Under the pieces are notes generated by a model. It saw nothing but the letters and a program-made list of their open reading frames with translations, was not told the origin of the DNA and ran no database searches. A stretch of DNA of 64,000 bases, from assembly GCA_964016885.1 (NCBI GenBank), contig OZ024741.1, forward strand, positions 68,138,001 through 68,202,000. The letters are read 5' to 3'. The DNA comes from Eledone cirrhosa. Taxonomy: Eukaryota. Of this stretch, positions 37,540 through 51,223 are shown one piece after another (positions within the stretch are counted from its first letter, which is position 1; every line of letters begins with the position of its first letter). A program made the translations under genes and the position numbers.

Positions 37540-39015
37540 AGAATAAGAAAGCGAAGTAGTTTCAGATGTTAAAGTCCTTTAATAATAATGCTGTGATACA
37601 TATATCAATGACAACAGTGGCCACACTGTTCGGTGCGCCCAGTGCCGTGACATCGTCAGACAGCTTGTTACATAATAAGGTTATGTTTCCGAGGCAATCC
37701 AAATTGAATCGACATGGGAACGGACAAAGAGTGTGCTCTTGAGTTCTTCGTCCGTTCCCTTGTGAGTGCCAATTCACCCCCACCGGTCTGCGCAGGCGCA
37801 AGTCCGAAGGAAGTTGACCATCAACTACCGCAGAGTTCTACGAAACTCGCCTAGGCAGGTCCCCCTCTAACCAAACAATGACCCATCCAGGCCTGTAATA
37901 TGACACGGTTACAGCTTACTGCTAGCCACCCTGTTAGTGGCAGTCGGCCGAAAGTTAGTGGGGGTGGGAGAGTATGAGTATCAATAGGTCCCACTACTAC
38001 CCCTAAATTAAGCATAGACAGTAGAATTGACCATCAACCACTAAGAGAATATATACGTATTTCTAGGTATTATGGTTTCTCAGTGGAAATTATGAATGAG
38101 AGTTGGAGATTAAAACTAAAAATTAAAAATCAAAAATCAAAAATTAAAAAAAATTACAAGTTAGAATCTAGATTGAAGTAAGTAAAAACTATATATTTAC
38201 ATATGATAACTAATAAATAGGGAGATGTTTAAGTTATAGTAAGAAGTTTTGAAAGTGGGATCAATATTACAGGTATATTATCTACATATTGAACGATAGT
38301 ACCGTACAGTAGAATGGGGGGTAGATTACAGTATGAAGCGTAGTTGTTAGGCAAATACATAGTTAATATCTCTATCACATGGAACAAAACAAAAATGCAA
38401 GGTATAACATACACAAAAAATACAAAAAATACATGAAATACATAGATATAAAATGAGATATGAGATACATATGTAAAATGAGATAGGAGATATATATGAG
38501 AAACATATGCGAAGAAGGTAAACTGCATGGAAATAAGGGTATAAGTGGTTAATATGATTATCAATTTAATTTTCAACTCTCATTCATAATTTCCACTGTA
38601 AAACCATAATACGTATATATATTAGCGGTTGATGGTCAATTCTACTGTCCATGCTTAATTTAGGGGTAGAAGTGGGACCTATTGATACTCATACTCAAAC
38701 CTTTATATGGACAAATTGACAATCATATTAACCACTTATACCTTTATTTCCGTGCAGTTTACCTTCTTCGCATATGTTTCTCATATATATCTCCTATCTC
38801 ATTTTACATATGTATCTCATATCCCATTTTATATCTATGTATTTCTTGTATTTTTTGTGTATGTTATACCTTGCATTTTTGTTTTGTTCCATGTCTGATG
38901 ATGTCATGGCACTGGGCGCACCGGACCGTGTGGCCACTGTTGTCATTGAAATATGTATCACAGCATTATTATTAAAGGACTTTAACATCTGAAACTACTT
39001 CGCTTTCTTATTCGA
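37540..39015. mobile_element. Non-coding PLE-like remnant with three pairs of inverted repeats and terminal hammerhead-bearing arms
   Basis: Inverted pairs 37541-37662/38892-39013, about 37973-38110/38572-38695 and about 38378-38565/38718-38893. Confidence 0.7.
38892..38964 (+). ncRNA. Hammerhead motif with long stem II (inverted twin at 37590-37664)
   Basis: TGT-CTGATGA-(46-nt hairpin)-GAAA-TATGTA-TC-ACAGC. The twin has the full stem I GCTGT/ACAGC but GATA in place of GAAA. Confidence 0.6.
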
Positions 39016-39089
39016 TATATACTCCGTCACTCCTATATGGGAAAAGTACGTTGAGTGCTTGAATTGAATTGCATCAATATTCACCTTAA

Positions 39090-39181
<92 letters not shown>

Positions 39182-39182
<1 letters not shown>

Positions 39183-39356
39183 GAGGGCAATCCCAAAAGT
39201 AAGGTCTCCTTCCGATATTGCAACTTTTCCGTTAAAATCCTGTGGATGGTGCTTCGGGAAACCTCAGAACCAAAATGCAGAGAGCATCCAGAGTGATCCG
39301 CCGATCTTTACGCATGTTTTCTTCGGAAGGAGACCTTACTTTTGGGATTGTCCTCG
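39182..39356. mobile_element. Mariner-derived MITE, 175 bp
   Basis: TIR of about 34 bp, CGAGGGCAATCCCAAAAGTAAGGTCTCCTTCCGA (one mismatch); TA on both sides. Confidence 0.88.
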
Positions 39357-39591
39357 TATATAATAACTGCGCAAAATTCGCACTTGGCGGTAACGTTCAA
39401 CGGGAGCTCCATTCTCAACGACTTCCAAGCCAAGATTGAGCATCCCAACGAAGCGCGCGCATGCTTGTTATATATAAGAAATATGGCAAATATTCAAACT
39501 CGCTTTCTATTTGAAAACATACTTACTTGTCATATATATATATATAAAATTAGAAATAGAAGCTTTTGCCGTATTTGTTGACTAAATAAAT

Positions 39592-39715
39592 TGTAGTCTG
39601 ATAGTGGGGTTTAGAACCCTCTAAGAAATGGAAAAAGATTAATATTGGTGTATGTACGTCAATACGCATCTTTTTCCATTTCTGAGAGGGTTCTAAACCC
39701 CACTATAAGGCTACA
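39592..39715. repeat. Inverted repeat with ~47-bp arms
   Basis: ATAGTGGGGTTTAGAACCCTCT.AGAAATGGAAAAAGAT and its reverse complement. Confidence 0.85.
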
Positions 39716-39751
39716 CTTTCCTTAATCTCTCTCTCTCTCCCTCTCTGTCTG

Positions 39752-39805
<54 letters not shown>

Positions 39806-40068
39806 CAGCGAGATCGTATTTCGGCGGGAGCCAAAAACAAAACGAAACGCAATCCTCGAGATATGCGGCAAGCGCTCAATGGACTAAAAGAAGACCAGAG
39901 CAATTAACATGCGATATAAAGGCCAGATAAAATGAAAACAGTGGTCGTGAAGCCATCAGCCACCGGAGCAAAAAAAACGAAGCAATCTAAAGAGGTTAAC
40001 AAAAGAATATATACATATATATATATACATACACATATATACATACATACACACACACAGACACACAT

Positions 40069-40141
<73 letters not shown>

Positions 40142-40144
<3 letters not shown>

Positions 40145-40329
40145 CGAAGGAAATGTGGTAAGGAACCAGGTGGACCATAACGCACCAAAGTACTCAATAC
40201 TTGAGGTAGTAGAGTGGGTAGTAGGAACCAGTAAGATCCCGACAGCTGAGCTCAAGCCGTTTCGACGGCTAATTCGAGAATTAGCCGTCGAAACGGCTTG
40301 AGCTCAGCTGTCGGGGTCTTACTGGTTCC

Positions 40330-40331
<2 letters not shown>
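40142..40331. mobile_element. PLE pLTR-like remnant ending in a 54-bp-arm fold-back, within (TA)n
   Basis: Arms 40222-40275 and 40278-40331, one mismatch, 2-nt loop. Confidence 0.75.
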
Positions 40332-40366
<35 letters not shown>

Positions 40367-40854
40367 GGGGGGGGGTTATTTTAGTTTTTTATGTTTGTAT
40401 GTACGAAAGTGTATATGCATGGTACGCATTTAAGTATGTATAGGTATATGTGTATATATGTATGTATATCTTAGTGTGAAAATTCCGGTGGATCAGGTCA
40501 TTCGGTCTATTGTAATATTGTAACACATGTCCACCCTAACTATATACATTGGTGTTGAGTAATATAGAAATGTGCTGGTCGTGATTGTCACTTTCAGACA
40601 TGTGGCTGCTGATAACTTTCCTAAAAGTATGTTAAGTTGTAAAATTCTCGGAGGTCAGAATATTGTTTGTCTTATTTTTTCACATTAGTAGAATAAAATT
40701 AAACATTGATTACCTCTATTGATAGCACATGCTTACAATAACACCTCAGTCCAAATGCGTTCTAGTTAATGGCTTTACAATGTTTAATAAATAAATAATA
40801 CTAGTATGGTTACAGTGTGTCGTCACATTAGTAGTGAAACGTGATCACTGTCTT

Positions 40855-41140
40855 ATCTTCTTCTTCGCCCACTTATTCCTGAGAGGTTCATGGGGGAAGA
40901 GTCCGCAAACTCTCCTTCCTCTCAGAAGCAACCGTCTCCAACTGACCCGGCTGGATCCCCAAGCGTAACCAGGCAAGCTCATAGGTGTTATCCAACCATC
41001 TTTCTCGGGGTTTACCCCTGGTTCTCCTGTCGGTTGGTTTTACCTGTAAAATCTGTCCAGCGATTCTTTCCAGAGACATTCTATCCACATGCCCACAGTA
41101 TCGGAGCTGTGATCGCTCAATTCCCCGTCTTTATGATTTA
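40855..41140 (-). mobile_element. RTE-clade LINE 3' end with (GAA)n tail
   Basis: DRMSLERIAGQILQVKPTDRRTRGKPRERW is a typical RTE C-terminus. Homologous copy at 55118-55500. Confidence 0.75.
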
Positions 41141-43307
41141 TGAGGCTGAAAAATATTCTTATACTATGTCTATATATCTGTATGTATGTACGAGTGTGTA
41201 CGAATTTCTTTCTGTGTGTCCATGTTTCTGTTTTTGTTTATATAATGCGGTGTCTATGTTTGAGTATATATGTGTGTCTCTCCTTGCTTTTCTTAAACTT
41301 CGGTGCATCATGTCTTCGACTTGGTATCGTATTGCGGTAGTGAATCCTAAATAATTATAATTACATCCTTTTTATATAGACTGCGATATTCTTTGACGAC
41401 TGATGACTAAACTCTAAAAGTTTCTATTTTATGTCTATGGGTTTCTATTCGTCAAACATATCACGATTTTTGTTTTTGTTTTGTAAATGCATCTTTATTG
41501 AAAATCAATAACTAATTTCATATTAAGAAAGAAAAAATTATATTATGAAAAATAACATTTTGACTTTCAATTATGTGCTGTTTTGCATCTATGGATGAAT
41601 GTCTCTTTATGTGTGCATTTGTTCAGCATTTGTGAAGCTATGCGTCATAAAATCCTTGTCGTGTTATATTCTCGTAGCTTTTATTGATGTGGGCTCTGAT
41701 TGATCGAACCCATGATTAAAGATGTCCTAGCTATGACCATCCAGCATAGAATACATGATGGCCAGAGGGTTTGAAATTCGTTAACAGGGTGGCCCTCCAG
41801 TTGCGACAAAACGCTATGTCAGTTTGCCTGTTAATGGGTAACACATGACGCTGTGAGAAAATTTTACGGACGCAAAATTGGCAGTCGCGATCCCAATGGC
41901 GGTAAGGGTGTGTTCTGTCCAAGACGTTCCATTCAATATTCGGGATAAACGTAACATGGAGGTGGAATTTTCCTTGTTCTTTCATCTAAAAATGTTCATA
42001 TTCTGGGTTAATTTGCCCTTAAATTCATTGGCTATTTATCTGGCGGGTGAAGATGGCTCTATAGACCACAGCCTTTAGGGAGAAGGATCATCCCAGGAGT
42101 CAATTGATAGGGTATCTAGACATGGGGAGATAAACTTAACGTTATGGGAGTAAAGAGCTTCTGGTATTTAAGATTAGCTACTTCTATTTAAATAGCATCG
42201 CTTGCAGCACTGCTCACAACAGCAGAAGTGGTAATAAACTCTCAGGAGAGCTGAACAACAGAAGGTATTCAAAGAAGAACCTCCTTCTCCTCAAGCGAGT
42301 GTTTCGGCTCTTAACTTGTTACACTCTAAGGGGGCCGAGCCGTATCCAGGTCATGACTCCTGGGAGCCCTTCTGCTGACATTTAGCCATTCCGATATCGG
42401 GGACATGCTGTAAACAGTATGGAGATTTTGTTGACAAAGCAAAACAGACACCGACACAGACTGCATCACAAGCACCAAATTAAAACTACTAAAACCCTAG
42501 CAATTGTTTTCTTATATTAGTTTTCTTTGTGAATATAACAGTTGACAGTCAAACACAAAACAAACATCAAACACCTTAAAATGATGGTATTGACTTTTAT
42601 TGTAATGTAGCAGCTTTAAATCGTAACAGATTTTTTACTGCTACAATAAACAAGTTGCACGACTGCACAGAATCTCCACAACAAAATGTGGTTTATGTTT
42701 ACTAACTAATGTAGTTTATACTTACTAACTAATGGGATTGCTTAAAAAACTTAACAATATTGTTATGTAAATAGAATGATTAAGAAATGCTCATGCTTCC
42801 CGTTTTTAAAAGAAAATTGGAAAATGTTTATTGGGGAAGATTTTGATGCGTCATTGAGAGGTCGAGAGCCTAAGTAAACACTATCCTGGGTGTTGACAAT
42901 TTATCTAACGTATTTGCGTGGATATTGGAAGTAACACCTATTACTCAGAATTTCCCGTCTAATCGACGACCGATGATGACCAAATTAGACACAATGAAAT
43001 TCTAAGTCAACTACTAAGCACTTATCTAATGGTTCCGCCTGTTATTCTTCAATTTGTTTATTTTCACCCTTTTATCTAAATATGTTTACTTAAATCTTGT
43101 TTTAGATTTAGTTGAAAGCATGTTACAGAATATTCATGTATGTGTATAAATGAAGATATTGATATATATATATATATATAAAACACAAGCACACATATAT
43201 ACACACAAGCATATAAATACATACACCTCTATGATTGTGTGAGTTTCTCTCTCCTTCACTCTCTCTCTCACTCTCTCCCTCTCTTTCTCTCTCCTTGTAT
43301 ATATATA

Positions 43308-44564
43308 CAGGGGTTGGTCAAAATAATGGAAACACCTTAAAATTTCAAACAAATTTATTTTACCATGAGGTAGGACCGCCTTTGGCAGTAATTACAGCTT
43401 GAATTCTATGAGGTATGGACTCGTACAAAGTTTGTTTCCAAAGGAATTTTTGTCCATTCTTCAGCTAAAACAGTCTCCAGTTCTTGTAGTGATGATGGTG
43501 GAGGTTATCGACTCCTTACTTGTTTTTCTAAAATGCACCATAAATGTTCAATAATATTGAGATCTGGGCACTGTGGTGGCCAGATAAGAAGTTCAACTTC
43601 ACTAGAATGTTCCTCGTGCCATTTAGTAACAACTTTAGCTGTGTGAATTGGTGCATTATCATCCTGAAAGATTGCGTTTCTCCCCGGAAACAGTTCCGCA
43701 ACCATAGGATGAATTTGATGAGATAAAATGCTTAAATAGTCTTGACTATTAATTCTGCCATGAAGGGAAACCATTGGGCCGGCGGATTTCTAAGATATAG
43801 CCCCCCCCCCCTTCACAGATCAACCTCTATGTTTAACAGTTGGAAGAAGGCAGTCTGGGTCAAAAGCTTCTTTTGGCTGTCTCCACATACTCGGCCGGTG
43901 GTCGGAAATAAGGTAAAATATGACTCCTCCGAGAAAATAACCTTCTTCCATTGCTCTAAGGACCAATTCTGTAGGTTTTTACTCCACTCTAAACGCTTTG
44001 CAACGTTTGTTTTTGAAAGTAGTGGTTTTCTGATTGCAGCCCTCCCATGAAGTCCGGCTTTGTGCAGCTCCCGGCGAACAGTTTTTGCGGAAACTAGGTT
44101 CTCGAGCTGGTCATTAAGCTCTGCAGTAATTTTAAGAGCTGTACTTTTGTGATGCTTTCTAACAATTCGCGTAAGAGTCCGACGGTCCCTATCTGAAAGT
44201 TTTGGTTTTCTTCCGGAGTTTTGTTTCGACGAGGAGGTTTTTCCCTCTTTCTCAAAGGCTGTCATTACTTTCGAGACAGTACTTCTTGATACACCAAACA
44301 TTTCGGCTGTTTTCGTTATGCTAGCGCCTGCCATACGAGCACCAACAATTTGACCTCTTTGAAAGTCCAATACATCTGTCATTTTAATGAATTTTAATTA
44401 CCTTTTTCTGATGATATCTGAAAAGAAACAGCAATTTTAACAAAACATATTAAGCAAAACATAAATCAAAAAACATAAAAAATAAACAAGCTTTTGACGG
44501 TTTTATAGATATTTCAAAATTATGATGCTATGATGCTAGGTGTTTCCATTATTTTGTCCAACCC

Positions 44565-44567
<3 letters not shown>
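43308..44567 (-). mobile_element. Full-length Tc1-family DNA transposon (1260 bp), decayed
   Basis: TIRs CAGGGGTTGG(T/A)CAAAATAATGGAAACACCT; TA flanks within (TA)n. Confidence 0.95.
43505..44382 (-). pseudogene. Tc1 DD34E transposase, frameshifted
   Basis: HTH (FQRGQIVG...GRKPKLS), WKKVIFSEES, FQDDNAPIH and WPPQCPDLNIIEHLW. Confidence 0.92.
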
Positions 44568-44610
<43 letters not shown>

Positions 44611-44679
44611 CTATCCAGCGAACCTCAACCGTTAAGGTTGTCTTTATGCGGGTATGTCAATATTTATAAAACAAATTTG

Positions 44680-44745
44680 TATTTTATCTGATGAAAGCGC
44701 ACCAAAATTTGCCTTGGTTGCCCTTGAAATATATATAATAAAATA
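44680..44745 (+). ncRNA. Minimal type I hammerhead motif in an isolated ~180-bp island between (TA)n tracts
   Basis: TATTTTAT-CTGATGA-AAG...ACCAA/TTGGT...CTT-GAAA-TATATA-TA-ATAAAATA gives an 8-bp stem I, an intact core and a palindromic stem III. Confidence 0.68.
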
Positions 44746-44783
44746 ATTATGGTTTTATAAATATAGTTTCCATTTATTTATAT

Positions 44784-44854
<71 letters not shown>

Positions 44855-44857
<3 letters not shown>

Positions 44858-45750
44858 CTAGCTTAACAATTTAGAAGGGCCCTAGATAAACTTAAACTAA
44901 ATATTAAGATAGTAGAAAGACCAGTTACCTCCATAAAAACACTTATTAGTAATACATATCCTTTTCAAAGACCTCTCTGTATAGATAAGAAATGTATAAT
45001 CTGTAAACTTAGCCCCCATATTAACTGTAAAACTAGAAACATAGTATATAGCATAAGATGTACTGAAGGACAATGTAAAGATAAGAATATAGTGTACATA
45101 GGTGAGACAGCTCGTAGTATAGGAGAACTATTAAATGAACACTGGCGGGAGCTTCAAGATAGAAAAGAATCATCAGTACTCCTCCAACATGGTAAAATAG
45201 AACATAAGGGAAAATTAGAGAACATAAAAATAAAAATAAAATCTACACACAGAAAAGACGCAATGTTTAGACAAATCACAGAGGCAATAAACATAAATGA
45301 ACTCCAACCAAAATTAAGTAGAAAACATGAGTGGAACAACAACATCACAACTTACAATTAAGGACAAAATGAAAACACACACGCACATAGAACAAACAAC
45401 CAACCAGTAACATGTAAATAAACAAATAAATAAACAAATAAAAACACACAGAGACACCCGGATGTAACACATGCGCAAACTAAGCACACAACACACACAC
45501 AAACAAGATGGCGTAGGACAGAACAAAGGAGAGGCACAAAACAAAGAAAAGAATCCCCAGTCACGGTAGAAGTCACAGAATGTGTGACGAATGAACTTTG
45601 ACAATATATGAACAACCATCTGGTTGTGGAACCAACCAACCAACCGGAGATTTATAAATTTATAAATTTAATTTATAATAAATTGGAGTGAAACAACTGG
45701 TGCTTGTGTTTCTTATTGGCAACATGACTCTCCCAAAGTATAACAATTTA
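44855..45750 (+). mobile_element. PLE 3' fragment (GIY-YIG plus pLTR), sister subfamily of 27246-29393
   Basis: CIICK...NCKTRNIVYSIRC...YIGETARSIGE...EH...RQITEAINI; same 3' terminus; flanked by (TA)n. Confidence 0.85.
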
Positions 45751-45769
45751 TATATATATATATATATAT

Positions 45770-47518
<1,749 letters not shown>

Positions 47519-47576
47519 ATACTTCCACTCGTGTAGGACACCTCGGTTATTTTTCATTTTGTAAAAAAAACCTCAC

Positions 47577-47616
<40 letters not shown>

Positions 47617-47654
47617 TTGCGAGGTTTTTTATATGAAATCGTGTGTCGAAACAA

Positions 47655-47861
47655 ATATTGTTATACTTGGGGAGGGTCATATTTGTGTAATATTGCCAGA
47701 ATTAATAACAGAACACACTCACTGTTTGGTTGGTTTTCGCTTTTCGCTTCAGATTACCGATATAAAAGAAACAGAAGCGAAAAGCGAAAACCAACCAAAC
47801 AGTGAGTGTGTTCTGTTATTAATTCTGGCAATATTACACAAATATGACCCTCCCCAAGTAT

Positions 47862-47869
<8 letters not shown>
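47655..47869. mobile_element. Fold-back of the PLE 3' terminus: 96-bp arms, 23-nt spacer
   Basis: 47655-47750 is the reverse complement of 47774-47869, and the sequence matches 29300-29393. Confidence 0.9.
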
Positions 47870-47939
<70 letters not shown>

Positions 47940-47943
<4 letters not shown>

Positions 47944-48480
47944 TATCAACACAATCGGTACAGTATATGGAAGGGATATATTAGGTTAACGCTTACACAC
48001 ACACACATACACACATATATGCGCGCGTGTGTGTTTGTGTGTTTGTGTGTTTGTGTGTTTATGTATGTGTTCTTATTGCTGGACCTCCGTCATTTCTGAT
48101 GACAACTCCTTTTGATTGAATCAGTGGAATATTCTGGTCGTCTGATTGTGAAATTAACGTGCAAGTGGCAGAACATTCCATAGACAAGACCCACACGGCC
48201 TTAACGTAGTTCTCATTGATATTCAGTGTGACAACGCTGATCCCTTGAATCATAGGTGCAACTCTTTTTTACCAGCAAATTGCCTTCCACAAGGACAAAA
48301 CACGCGACCTGGACCAAGGTTTGAACACAGGACCTTTCTATGGGGAACTCAGTACACTAAACACAGAGCGCCGTACCTTCACGCGCACACACACACACAC
48401 ATATATATATATCATACATACTTACATTTAAATAACTGCTGTACTAAGAGTGAGAAATGAAATTACGTTTCATTTTTTCC

Positions 48481-48526
<46 letters not shown>

Positions 48527-49247
48527 AGATTTGAATGGATACAGTTTAGTTGAAAGGAATTTATTGACACGTGTTTCTATAACAGTTACATAACCTGAAA
48601 ACAGCTGCTATCTACAAAGTTTTAGTTATGCAGACATTCAATATTTCAATGTTATTATTTACTGTCATTTCATCAGAATAATATTACTGAGGACCTATTT
48701 AGTTTTTATAGAGAATATTAGGAGGGAGGGGTGAAGTTGTTAGAAGAATAGTTGAAGGAGTGGTTTTTCGATGGCAGTGAGAATTCTTGGTGGCAGTGAG
48801 TAATTAGATTCCCATCTGTTGTTTTGACATGTTTTATAGAATATATTATTGGTTATTTTTCTAAATCTATAGAAGGATTAGAGATAGTAAAGATATGCGT
48901 GGTTGGTTTTGTGTTTGCACTTAATTAACATTCAGACTTAAATTTTTCTTTCAAGTGTACGTATCCTTTCACCCACGCATTCACACACAAATATATTTGC
49001 ACACCTCTACAAAATACATATACTCACAATTCACATATTCATACTTACATACATATACACATGCATGCACATATATATACACACATGTATTCATGTACAT
49101 ACATACGCGCTCATGTGTATACATTTTCATACTCAACTTATCTTTATATACACACGTATAGACACACACATATATACATACATACTCTAGTCCATGTGTA
49201 CACACATACACATACATACACATCTATATACACATATATATATATAC

Positions 49248-49326
<79 letters not shown>

Positions 49327-50001
49327 CACTTTAATACATGAATACACTTACATCTAACTATACACATCAAACATATATATATATTTACTTATTTATATAC
49401 ATTTTCACATATATATACATACTTATGGACGTTTTTAGACACATTCATTATCGCATATTTGCACCTATTCTCATCAGCATATCTTTCCATTATTAGTGTG
49501 GTAATTTAAGGTTATTAATATATGTTGAGAAGAGATTGTTTTTATATTTTTCTAACTAGATTAAAGTTTATATAGTTGGGGGATGTCCCTCTTTTATGTA
49601 ATATTCGGCTTGTAGTGGGAAAAAAGGGTTTTAGTTCTGTAACGGCAGAATAATGTTTGTTCAATTCTGTTATTCAGCAGTTTCTTCTTGTGTGTGATTA
49701 TGTAATAAATCTCAAGATTACACAATTTGCAGAAATTTTGGCTCCTGGAAAAGCTTTGGGTTTTAGCTAATTTCTCCCATTTTAGGGTAAACTTTTGATC
49801 GCTATCCCTGAGCGTCCAAGCTTTTTCTGCTAAAGTTGTTACATTTCTTTGGCTCTGGTGTTTTATTGAGTAAGAATGCCTATACAATCGAGATTTTTCT
49901 CCGGATTACTTTTGGAACTACAACTGGAACCGTCGAGCAAACTCTACGTGAGCTGATAATCTACTGTGTGTAATATTTATATTACAACACAACGGAAAAT
50001 A

Positions 50002-50078
<77 letters not shown>

Positions 50079-50590
50079 CATATATATATATACATACATA
50101 TATATATATATATATATATGTGTGTGAGTGTGTGTGTGTGTGTGTGTGCGTGAAAGCACGGCGCTCTGTGTTTAGTGTACTGAGTTCCCCATAGAAAGGT
50201 CCTGTGTTCAAACCTTGGTCCAGGTCGCGTGTTTTGTCCTTGTGGAAGGCAATTTGCTGGTAAAAAAGAGTTGCACCTATGATTCAAGGGATCAGCGTTG
50301 TCACACTGAATATCAATGAGAACTACGTTAAGGCCGTGTGGGTCTTGTCTATGGAATGTTCTGCCACTTGCACGTTAATTTCACAATCAGACGACCAGAA
50401 TATTCCACTGATTCAATCAAAAGGAGTTGTCATCAGAAATGACGGAGGTCCAGCAATAAGAACACATACATAAACACACAAACACACAAACACACAAATA
50501 CACACGCGCGCATATATGTGTGTGTGTGTGTGTGTAAGCGTTAACCTAATATATCCCTTCCATATACTGTACCGATTGTGTTGTTATTTC
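47940..50590. repeat. ~450-bp inverted duplication (47940-48385 and 50145-50590) enclosing a PLE fragment
   Basis: Identical track ORFs on opposite strands (48059-48253 and 50279-50473). The arms include a SINE-head-like segment. Confidence 0.85.
48520..49900 (-). mobile_element. PLE 3' fragment (GIY-YIG C-terminus with CxxC, plus 3' UTR)
   Basis: TTLAEKAWTL...KW...CKLCNLEIYYI...LNNRIE...CRY (49594-49887); hammerhead-like core at about 48626-48682. Confidence 0.65.
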
Positions 50591-50601
50591 TGTTTACCTT
50601 T

Positions 50602-50640
<39 letters not shown>

Positions 50641-50643
<3 letters not shown>

Positions 50644-51152
50644 TAAATGGAATAGAAAATGCTGACAAATTGTTCACAGTGAAAAATAGTTTAATTAGGA
50701 ATAAGTGAGAATTAGTAATTGTATTGGTTAGTATTCAGTTTTGTTTTTAAGTTTTACCGGTTGCGCATTTCTAATGCTTTTCAAAAATAATTTTGAGATA
50801 GAGCGTCCGTGATGTTTGCTCTGATCTGATTAGTTTTGGGAATTCTACCTGTTTTTATGTTAAAAAAGTGGCTCCAGCGGTATTAAAATAAATTTTGCGC
50901 CAATTCGTGTTGCAAAAATTCTTGTGGTCAAAACAATTTTGAGTGGTCGGTAGAGGTCATGTGAATGTAAAAAATAGATTTTGCGCCAAATGTAGGTTTG
51001 TGTCGGCTGACTGAGAAATGACTCTTTCACAACAAATATATGTGTGTGTGTGTGTGTAGTAGTAGTAGTAGTAAAGTGTTCGTTGTTGTGATAATGGTCA
51101 GCAGGGTTGTGTGTGCGAACCGCAGCCTGTTGACAGCTCAAATGCCTATTAA

Positions 51153-51223
<71 letters not shown>

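Noticed and set aside
41731-42420. Non-repetitive, more GC-rich stretch with short ORFs
   Set aside because: No recognisable motif and multiple stops; possibly an old transposon remnant, but unassignable.
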